DNA from: Klebsormidium nitens
Taxonomy: Eukaryota; Plantae; Klebsormidiophyceae
Length of the DNA stretch: 64,000 bases
Assembly: GCA_000708835.1 (NCBI GenBank)
Contig: DF236952.1
Location: 186,001-250,000, forward strand
Direction of reading: 5' to 3'
Below are positions 11,501 to 22,000 of this stretch, in pieces. The stretch's first letter is position 1; every line of letters begins with the position of its first letter. The notes under the pieces were generated by a model. It was given only the letters and a program-made list of their open reading frames with translations. It ran no database searches and was not told where the DNA came from. Made by a program: the position numbers and the translations under genes.

Positions 11501-14500
11501 CCAAAACCCGTGCTTGGCGTTTGTAAAGTTGTAAAAAGTCGGGGAGTGCTCCTCTCCCATTAACATTGTGACACACTCTGACACTCACACGCTCTAAGAC
11601 CAATCTCTTGCGAGGCCTGGACACAAGAAATCTTTCTCTTTTCCTCCCTTGCATTGAACCAACTTACACCGCTGCAAAGCTGGCCCCATGGTCTGCTCGA
11701 ACTTGGTCCCTTTGAAACGAGTGTCGGCGTCAGGAGTACGCAGAGTCCTCTCACCAGAGAACGTAAGAGCTATCTGCGAAACGACGAAAGGACTTGGATC
11801 AGAAAGTGCGCAAATTGGACGCTCCTTGCTGGGTGAGGATCGTATATGCATTTACTCCGAAAACCGATTTAGAGCCTGACACTAGCGAAGTTCGGCTGAC
11901 AGAAAGTTCAAACCGCCGCTGTGCAGGCGTGTTAACACGACGGACTTGGACGCCCTGCGAGCGGCCATCACCTCCAAGACGAAGCTCGTGATGTTGGAAA
12001 GCCCCACCAATCCCCGGCTCGTAGTTAGCGACCTCCAGGTGAGGTGGGTCACCAAGATCCTACTTGAACTGCTTGTCTTGACGGATTTGATGGTTGAAAT
12101 CCCGCTTGTCTTGCTTGACTTGCTTCTTAAATCCCCGCTAGTCTTACCTGTTTCGCTTCTAGAATGCTCGCTTGTCTCACCATTTTTGCTGCTTGAATCC
12201 TCGCTTGTTCCACCTTATTTGCTTCTTGGATTCCCGCTTGTCGTACCTGATGTGTATCTTGTATCTCCGCTCGTCGTACCTGGTTTGCTTCATGGATTCC
12301 CGCTGGTCTTCACTGATCTGCTTCAGAAGGCCTCCTGATGCTTGCTGTTTGGTAAGATTCTTTGCCTCATATTGATTCCCTTTTTAATATCCCCGCTGTA
12401 CTATCGAATCTGCTTCCTTTGATTTGTCTGATGCTTGCTGCTCGATAAGGCTGTTCGCCTCAATTTGATCTCGGCGATTGTCTTCTTTCCCTGCAATTCT
12501 TCTGGGGATTGCTTGCTCTGGGCGGACTCCATACCCAACATGTTGTCGCTCTTTTTTTACGAGGCTCTGGCCGTAAGCCTCTGCAAGCAGTGCCTTTTAC
12601 ATGGGCTTTTCAGAAGTTGCAAACGCATGTCTTTGGTTGACCTCGAAGTATGCCGTCCGTTCCAGTTGCATAGCGAAGTGCGCCCCCGGGAGGGGTAAAG
12701 AGCAGCATGGGGTCGTTGATCACAATCGTGCTCAACATCATGCATATGAAAAGGTTGTTAAACCTGTCTACCAGACGCTCCTTTCATTTGGCACTTTTCC
12801 ACGCATTGGGCGGAAGTCGTTCAGAAAAAGGGCACCCTGGAAAGTGGTGCACAAGAGCACCTAAACCCCACTTGATCAAATCCAAAGCATCCGACTCGTC
12901 CAGCTTGACACCTTCGTTTCGAAGTCATCCTGAAGCCCGGGTAGCTTTCCAGGCAGTGGCGGACGTCGTCCATGCAAAGGGCGCCCTGGCGGACAACAGC
13001 ACCTGAGCACATTTCAACACAAACTCAGGGAATCCGTCTCAATAATATTGGAATGGCTTATTCCCCAACCGTTTCTCAAACTCAGTTCCAGGCAGTGGCG
13101 GGAATCGTTATCGAAAAGGGTGCCCTTGTAGTCGTGGACAACAGCATCATGGCGCCGCTCCTGTCCGAGCTTTTCCAAGCCTTATACATCCATTCAAAAG
13201 TTTTCATCCTCAAACGTATTCCTAACACAGGCAGTAGCAGACATCGCCCACGAGAAAGACGCCCTGGTAGTGGTGGACAAAAGCATCTTGTCGCCCTCCT
13301 GTTAAACCAGTGGCAGACATCGCCCACGAGAAGGGCGCCTTCGAAGCGGTGGACAACAGCATCATATCGCCGCTCCTGCCCAAGCTCTCAAGTACGATAT
13401 ATCCAGTCAAAATTTTCATCTCAAACTTTGTTTCTAATACAGGCAGTGGCAGACATCGCGCACGAAAAGGGCGCCCTGGTAGTGGTGGACAACAGCATCA
13501 TGTCGCCGCTACTGTCCAAGCCGCTGGAGCTGGGTGCGGACATCGTGATGCACTCGGCGACCAAGTTCATCGCGGGGCACAGTGACGTCATGGCGGGCGT
13601 GCTGGCGGTCAACGATGACAGGTGGGCTGTCGCTCGCTTAGCCAGAGTTGCACGACTGCTTAACCCGGATTTCTCAGAGTCAAGTTTCGTAGGTTTTGAG
13701 GCCGATGTTGCTTTGGCTGACAGTGCGTCAGGTCGAGAAGAGAGGCGATGGACGACGAAGTAAGTGACGTGCTGACAGAGAGGGCGATGGCCTCTTCTGT
13801 CAGACCAGCCTGCATTGCGTGCAAAAAGTGTCGTTCGAAATGTACGTTGCCCGCAATCTTGGCTGACGTCCTGGAACCGTACATGCATCCTCGCTGACGT
13901 CAGCATGCCAGCCTAGCCGACGAGATGTACTTCCAGGTAAAACGTCCTGCCGGAGGGCTGGCGCCTTTCGAGGGGCGTCCCTGTGTTTGCGCGGAACTCA
14001 CTTCGGGTGACGTTCTTCATTCTTCACCTCCACGCCCGCTGACGTCATCTTTCTTTGCTCCTCGCAGCCTGGCTGACGCTATCTACTTCCAGCAGAACGC
14101 CATGGGCGTCGGGCTGGCGCCGTTCGAGGCGTACCTGTGTTTGCGGGGGATCAAAACGATGGCGCTGCGAATAGAACGGCAGCAGGCGAACGCGGACAAG
14201 ATTGCACGCTTCCTGGCGGGGCACCCCCACGTGACACGTGTCAACCACGTGGGGCTCCCGGACCACCCGGGCCACGAACTGCACTTTCGACAGGTGCGGT
14301 TGCCGCGCGCAGCTTTCTTCTGTCATGCAGATTCTGTAGTTATCTCTGTATCTCTTTGTTTCATTCTTCTGATGCTTCTTTGAGTCATCAAATGGGCCCC
14401 TCCTCTGCACGGCCTCTGTCTGTTTCTGCGAACCATGATGACACTTCCCGAGGGGCCAAGCCTCCAGGTTTAGTGGTTGTCGGGACCTGCCAAAAAATCC

Positions 14501-15881
14501 CCTGGACAAATTGAATATAACACCGTCTGGGTCTCGTCTTCAATCTTATTACGTCTTTTTTCTTCCAGGCCAAAGGCGCGGGGTCCGTCTTCAGTTTCCT
14601 CACCGGCTCGCTCCCTCGTTCCAAGCACGTCGTTGAGTCAACCAAGCTTTTTAAGATTGCGGTCAGCTTCGGTGAGCACCCGCCGCACTCAACTGCTTGG
14701 GCCGCTTAGTCTTGGGTTTAAAAGCCCCTGATGGACCGAACAAGGCAGCACAATTCTAGTTCTTCTGGCGGAAAGACTATCGTTCAAAGATTGGTGGACT
14801 GCCGCTGCAACGTCGGGCCACGGGGGTCTCCATACTAGTGCCTACTTCGTTGGACCCAAGACCTTGCACCGCGCAGCTTGATCTGTACACGGCTCTTTCA
14901 AGTATTGTCGTTGGCATTTCGTCGCGGTTTGACGGCACCTGTGTTGCTGGCTGGCTGTTCTCAGAGAAGCTTATCATGTCGTCTCCGCTCAAGGAGCAAG
15001 CTCGTATCGTAGCCCTATCGAGCCCTGAGGATTGTCCGTGGTGAGAGCTTAAGCAGTTGAATCAACGGTTCGACAGATCTAAGAGATTCCGGCTAGCACG
15101 GGTAACGAGATTCCGTATTCAGCCGATTGTGACGTTCTCTTACAGGAAGCGTGCATTCAATTCAGGCTAGCACGGGTAACGAGATCCCGTATTCAGCCGG
15201 TTGTGACGTTCTCTTACAGGAAGCGTGCATTCAATTCATCCTAGCACGGGTAACGAGATTCCGTAGTCAGCCGGTTGTGACGTTCTCTTACAGGAAGCGT
15301 GCATTCGACCATCAGCCTGCCGTGCTTCATGTCGCACGCCAGCATACCTGCGCACATCCGCGAGGAGCGAGGGCTTACGGAAGACCTGATACGCCTTTCG
15401 GTAAGTGCGGCTCTTGCGATCGACTCAATATGTAGCCAGAGCGCACAGATTAGAGACGGAAAGGTTTCGTTCGAGTTCGTCATATTACTCTGCCTGGAAT
15501 GGTATGAGATTGCACCAGAAGGGTGTCAGTTCAAGAGTTATGATTCCAGGTTATTCGCACCAACTGACGATATTACATGGTTCTGCTGCTGAAGTCCGTT
15601 ACGAGAGAATTGTTCCAAACTGAAGGCACTGAACGGTCGGTGGTGCGAGATTGTGCAACTTGCCGAGCACTCTATGCTTTTCACAGAGAAGTCTATGTCT
15701 CCGCTGAGGGCGACGGTCGCAAAAACGCGGCTTTGCCTCTTTAGGAACATCAACAGATGTTCACAATTGCATGTGCAGTGATTGAACCTTCTGCTTTCTC
15801 TTTCTGCAGATTGGGATCGAAGACGTCGACGACCTTATAGCCGACTTGACGCGTGCTTTTGACAGCGCACCAAAGTCCTGA
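8515..15881 (+). CDS. CBL: Cystathionine beta-lyase, plastid-targeted (Cys/Met metabolism PLP enzyme)
   Basis: Exons 8515..8715 and 9117..9180 (transit peptide, less certain), then 9672..9793, 10381..10451, 10653..10744, 11044..11131, 11927..12038, 13443..13621, 14068..14293, 14569..14671, 15294..15400 and 15810..15881. Motifs PIYQTATF, YDYTRSGNPTR, ESPTNP, VVVDNS, PLP-lysine SATKFIAGHSD, MSHASIP, RLSIGIED. Confidence 0.95.
12060..12330. repeat. Degenerate 33-bp minisatellite (about 8 units) in a CBL intron
   Basis: Units such as tgcttcttggattcccgcttgtcgtacctgatg and tgctgcttgaatcctcgcttgttccaccttatt recur every 33 nt after the donor at 12039. Confidence 0.8.
12900..13520 (+). repeat. Tandem array (about 139 bp, 5 copies) of CBL acceptor + exon head
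   Basis: cag|GCAGTGGC..AAGGGCGCCCT..GTGGACAACAGCATC copies start at 12953, 13092, 13231, about 13307 (truncated) and 13443 (true exon). Confidence 0.9.
15091..15310 (+). repeat. Near-identical 74-bp triple repeat spanning a CBL acceptor
   Basis: ctagcacgggtaacgagat.ccgta.tcagcc..ttgtgacgttctcttacag|GAAGCGTGCATTC three times; AG ends at 15145, 15219 and 15293. Confidence 0.95.
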
Positions 15882-16913
15882 GTCCAAGAACACTCGGAAA
15901 GGGGTTGCTCTCAGAAACTTACACTTGTTACGAGGTGACGGAAAAGTATTTTTGCCGCTCGCTATCCAATGTGGATGTCGCATGTGACGGATAGGATGCC
16001 AAGAAAAACGTTAATCTCAGTTACTTTGATTCCTGCCAGGACTGAGAGACCACCTCCATCTAACTGTGCGACTCTTGGGTTGCTGATAGTGTGGAGAGCT
16101 TGCAGTATGTCTTCCAAGTTTGCCACCTCCGGGCACCGTTGACATAGTTCATCCTTGCAACAGGCCATTCGCCCTTTGAGCTTCGCCTCGAGTTTGCTTG
16201 GTCGCACTTGGGCCTGGCCAGTGCACACACGTATATAATAGATTTTGAAACGCAGAATTACACGCATATGATCAAAGGACAAACTGATATGCGTCATTGA
16301 CTTGGCTGTCCGCAAATGAAGCATGGCGGCTGTCGTCGAACGCAATAAGGAACTGGTCCTTCTTTCATGATGCCTTTTAATGATAGATGTGGACAAGGAG
16401 CGTCAAAAAAATCGTTCTGTTCAAAGTCTGGGATTGAAGCACGTAAGTATACTTCTCATTGACAGAAAGATCGACTCGGACGTATACTTTGCGGATGGTT
16501 TTACGGCATCAATGATTACTAAGTTAGCACGTCGAGTTTGCTCTTTGCATACATATCATGCATGGTCTATACACGGTCTATACGCATTAATCGATGTACA
16601 AAATTAAAGACTACGCAGCATCTTCAATAGGTAGTTCAATTACGTACATTCATCAGAATAGGTACCTAAACCGCCACTACCGTCAAAATGACGACAGCAT
16701 AAGTGCGCCCAGTTCAAATATAATACGGCGCGGCGGGCGGGCTCCACCCGCTTACTTTTCTTACAGTTATCGACTCTTGGAGGTTTCGACGGGGTTTGAA
16801 TGTTCGTTACTGTTACAGTTCCGGGCTCATAATATTGTGCGCGAGTGCATTGTCCGCACTCACCGTCGATAGTTCGTCATCGGACGACATGCAAAGACCC
16901 GTGTGGCACCCTT

Positions 16914-17170
16914 CACGTGAACATGACTGTTGTCCTGCCGATATGGCAAACTCTGATTCGCCATGGAAAGAGTGACCTCTGCACGTGTGGCGCGTCAGCG
17001 AAGATGACGGATTCAACGACGATGATGTCAGCGGACGGGGACGGTACGACCGCTCATAAATGGTCTCCAGACGGTTTCGATCGGATCGTTGCTTATGTCA
17101 GTCATCGGACGGTCTTTGTCCGTTTACCGTCTATAAGATTCCGAGCCGTCCGATGTAATATATCTGACGG
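16914..17170 (+). promoter_or_regulatory. Candidate phytochrome promoter: two G-boxes and a GACGG cluster
   Basis: CACGTG at 16914 and 16982; eight GACGG/CCGTC in 17006..17170; ctataaga near 17131. An acceptor (ctgactttgtgcag|TTGCCATG) ends at 19081, just before the PHY ATG, so the TSS must lie further upstream. Confidence 0.35.
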
Positions 17171-19086
17171 CAGAACGAGTGTGCCTCTTTCTGCAATCTT
17201 GCAGTGCAGGATTTGATCAGTGGTCAGCAAACAGATCAAATCCTCGGGTCGCCCAAAAAGAAAAGGTCATGAGTCATGACTTCATGGTGTGCTTTTGAAG
17301 TTGAAGGGGCGACTTTTGGTCCTTGAAGTTCAAGTTATTGGAGCACTTTTTGCAGCTTTCTCGCAGAAGCCGTGGCTTTGGTGGTTTAAAGGTCTGAAAG
17401 GTGGACGAGTAAGGACCACTGAGAAGGCACCGGCTTTCCATCCTTTTGTACACTGGGCAAACGGAGGCGAACACTAGAAATCTTGTTGAATGTAAAGCTG
17501 GAGTAGGCTCCTAATGATGCAGCGAAGTTGAAAGCATAGAAAGGGCCCTCTGATTAGGCGCGCAGTTATATGGCGGTTGTGGGGTGCCCATTGGCACTGC
17601 AATTTTGATAGTTCGCACTAGAACCACTGAGTTGCACGCAAACTTCTTAAAATTGTAGAGCCTCCTAGCTTGTTTCTGCTCAATCGAGGTGAAGTGCACA
17701 AGTAAGGTGAGCGCATCTTCTCCTACTATTTTCAATAAGTTTCTTGTTGGTGCCACCTTCTTAACAAACTCTAATATGATTAAGCGGTTCTCTTCTGAGT
17801 TTTGCTTTTGTGCACAACATCCCGGGTGTTCGGTATGTTGAGGTCTATGGAGAATACCGACGTACAGAAACCCATATGATGCACTTTTTGGTGCTAGTTG
17901 GTCTTGCTACCTCCATGGATGCTTCTCCAGTTTTTGATACTCCTCAAATTTAGCAATACTCAGTAATCAATATTGTGCAAGCGCTTCTTGTGATTTTTTT
18001 ACGCTTGTTTTTTTGTGCGATTGGACGTCCAATCATTAAGCTATTCATTTTGCTACTCTCCATTCTTAAAAGCGGGCCACCCATCATGGTAGCTTCAGCA
18101 TAGCAATAGGTTAGACGAGTGAGTTGGATTCTTTGTCAGTGACTAGAGCTCGTGGAAGCTGTACAGTTGAAATGGGTTGAGGAACATCATTGACATCTCA
18201 AGCAAACTGTGTTCTTTGCAAGTAATGCATTTTGACATGTTTTGACACTGCCTTCGTTGAGAAGTCCTTCACAGATAAGTTGCACCGGTCATCAGTTGGA
18301 GTCAGACAAAGGGCTTCAACATGTCTGTCTTTGATATCCTGGTGCCAGCACCCCTTCTCTTGAGAGGTGGTGTCTGCTTGCACAGAATGCTGATAACTGC
18401 CAAATTGGTCTGAAGGAAGTGGTTCAAGTCTCAAATAAAGCACCAGAAGAGTGTCTCTTCTGCAGAGACCCTGATCGCGGGTTGCACTCTGTCTGCAGAC
18501 CGTCCGTGCATTCTTGATGATCCTTATTTGTTCTGTCAATACCTTCACCTTTGGTACCTTGACTAATTGTGCCAACCTTCCGCAACTCTGAATGTGGTGC
18601 AATTGTCGTGCATTCTTACATGAATGTCTGACAGCATTGGGTTTACACGTCAAAGGCAAGTGTATTCTGTAGGAGGCTATTTCACCGTAGCTCCTGCTCT
18701 GTAGTGACCATCCATTCGTCTGTTTTGATCATGCTCATTGTTCTGTTTGCTCCCTCCCTTTTGAAGCGTTTGCAACCTGCATATCGCGACAACGTTATTC
18801 AAGAAGCCCATTTGTACTTCTTTCCGGAAACCTTGATTATGTGAGCTTCAATGCAGCTGTTCAAAATTCAAGACAGTCTCAGTCTGATGTCAAGAATCTT
18901 TGAAGCGACTTTGCAGTGGACATACAGGCTTCCTGGGGGTTTCTTACATAGCCCTGATGTCAGTTTTACAAAACCAAGGAGAGTGAATGAAGCCCAACAC
19001 GAGCCTGGAGACAGCCTAAATAGTGCTTAATAAGTTCCACGACTATCCATCGGAGTCGAAACCATGTCTGACTTTGTGCAGTTGCC

Positions 19087-22000
19087 ATGTCAACATCCGG
19101 TGCTACCCGCTCGGGTTCGCACGTTTCGGGGGCCTCTTCGGGGTCGTCCAAAAGCAAGCATGGCATCCGGGCAGCCCAGACATCAGCTGATGCGCGCCTC
19201 AATGCTGCATTTGAGGCGTCGAATGGGTCCGGGTCGTTTGATTACACGCAGACGGTGGATGCAAGCAAGACCAATAGCGAGAGCTTGCCAATCTCTCAGG
19301 TGAGGAGCAGCGGGGCGTAGTGTGTTAGGGTTTTGGGGTTCTGGGGAAGGGTGCGCGGTGGCAGTGGATCTGGTAGGTATGTCTAGCAGGGTTCTGGTTT
19401 GCACAATGATTGCCTGATCAGGGAAGGCAAGTCTGACGTAATGTATGGATAGGTAGTGTTGCAAAGCAGGCAGTGAACAAGTTCGATGAATTCCATTATG
19501 CTGTGAAAGGAGAGCTTAACCCCAGTACTTTATCATTTATCGATCTGAGTGCGGCCTATTGAAGTGAGTTTTGGCCATGGGACAAGGAAAGGAAAGAGTT
19601 GAGAGATACGGGGTTTTGTGGAGGAGACCTCAGATGTGGGGGTTTTGCCCCTCTACAGACAAGCAACCTGCTTAGCCAACTTTCAAGATTTAGCGACGCA
19701 TAAACCACTGCAACCTAGCTACATGACCAGCAGGGGGCGCTCTTCCCAACGGTTTGGTTTTCGCACATCAACTTGCGTACAACCAAGGCTCTCACTCTAA
19801 TGAACAGATTCTTTCAGGATCAAGGGGCTCCGTTCTGCATTTTGTTTTCTACTTGGTGATGTTTCACACCTAAGCTGTAGCATTCACCGCAAACCAGCAT
19901 GCCCTTACCCCTTGTGTCATTCTGGAGTTCGCCTGGCTTCTCTGCACCTTTGTTCCTCCCCTCCTCCAGCTGCCTCTTCCCCTCCAGCTGCCTTCTCACA
20001 CCCTTCGTGCATTCCATTGTCCCCCAGTTTCCAGCTACATCCCCACAGTCTTTGAACACCGTTGATCCACTTTTCCCATGCAGGTGACGGTTTCTCTTCT
20101 GCCCCCAATACTTTTCCAAATACATTTTCAACTGTCTGAAATGCAAGTTTATCCTCCCTTTGATTCAGGTGACGGCGAAGCTCCAGCAATTACAATGGGG
20201 AACGTTACGCGCACTCTTCTGAGTTCCAAGCTTTGACCTCAAGGTCAATCAACCTCATCTAGTAGCTTCCCAACTACCGGCTCAGCTGTGCCCTATGTCT
20301 TTTGTATCCCCAAACCCCCCCTCTGCACCCCAATTATCCTTCCTCTGTTTCCCCCCCGCCATTTCAGGTGACGGCGCATGCACCTCGATTCTGAATGAAG
20401 CATATGTGACCCCTCATCTCTCATCAATGCATCTTGTGCCCCCCTTTTGCACACCACTAATCCTTTTCCTGCTCCCCCCCCGCCCATTTCAGGTGACGGC
20501 GTATCTCCAGCGCATGCAGCGGGGGGGGTACGTGCAGTCGTTCGGTTGCATGATCGTGGTAGAGGAGGAGAGCTTCCGCGTCCTTGCGCTGAGTGAAAAC
20601 TCGTTTGAGATCCTGGAGCTCAGCCCACAGGCGGTCCCAAACATCGATGGCGAGCAGGTGGGTTATTGTAACTGGTTTCTGGAACCAGATTGGACTTGAT
20701 CTACTTGTTCTTGGACCTCTCTGAAGTGCCTCCACAAACATTCTGAGTGCCCGACCCTGGAAAAGGCAACTTGACATTGCACATGTATGTAGATTTGTTG
20801 CAATCAAACTGTTGGAACTTGCAAGAGGTGTTTCGGCCCTGAAAGTACCTTACTCTGTGCCTATGCACACGATTCTTTTTTGACTCTTTGAGCTGGCAAA
20901 ATTTGAAATTTTCTGTTGGTGCACTATCTGTCTGGACTCCCCCCCTGCAATAGGTACTTTGGCTTCTCCACTGAATATGCGATGAGATGGAGAAATTGAC
21001 TCTGGGCACCCTGCACGTGATCAGTACGGGTCAGTACATGGCTGGTGACGCACCATCCGCAACATCCTTTACAGGCCCTCGGAATTGGCACTGATGCTCG
21101 GAGCCTATTCACACCCTCGGGCGCGGCAGCGCTCGAGAAGGCGGCCGGGTCTGCTGACCTGGCGATGGTCAACCCAATCTTCGTCACCACCAAATCCGGC
21201 CAAAAGCCGTTCTACGCCATCATGCACCGTATCGAGGTTGGGATTGCAATCGACTTTGAGCCGCTGCGGCCAACCGACGCGAACGTCTCGGCGGCGGGCG
21301 CGCTGCAGAGCCATAAGCTGGCGGCCAAGGCCATAAGCCGGCTGCAGGCGCTGCCGAGCGGGGACATCAATTTGTTGTGCGATACGGTCGTGGAGGAAGT
21401 GCGGGAGTTGACGGGGTATGACCGGGTGATGGCGTACAAGTTCCACGAGGACGAGCACGGCGAGGTGAGGCGCAGCTGCGCACGCTGAATGTGGAAAGCT
21501 CTCAACTCTATGAATTACATGGGCCATATGTATCACAAGAAAGCGCTTAAAATGGAAGTTTGAAATATCGGCAAAGCTTATCAGCTCCGAACCTGTACCC
21601 CCCACAAAAACAAATTCACCCGTCCCAGGCAGGCGCCTTGTAAGACAGAGTCCTGCAAGCTGCGAAATCTGGACAAGTGGGCGTCAGATGCTTTGTTTCG
21701 CTGGATTCCGGACGTCGTTTTCCGCATTCCAAAAGGTGCCCCTGCTGGAAGTTGGCGCCTCTGACTGCTTCGTCCACCGCCTGGGTTATGATTGTCCTCG
21801 CCTCTGACTGCTTGCACTCCCGCCTTCTTCCACCGTTCACCTGTGATCGCTTCCACTTCGGCCCTCACCTCTGATTGGTTTCGATTCCCCCTCCAAAACA
21901 GGTCATCGCCGAGATCCGGCGGTCAGATCTTGATCCCTTCTTGGGCCTGCACTACCCGGCCACAGACATCCCCCAGGCTTCCCGGTTCCTGTTCATGAAG

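Noticed and set aside
15962-16396. 144-aa minus-strand ORF after CBL
   Set aside because: No recognisable motif or splice context; it overlaps the likely CBL 3' UTR.
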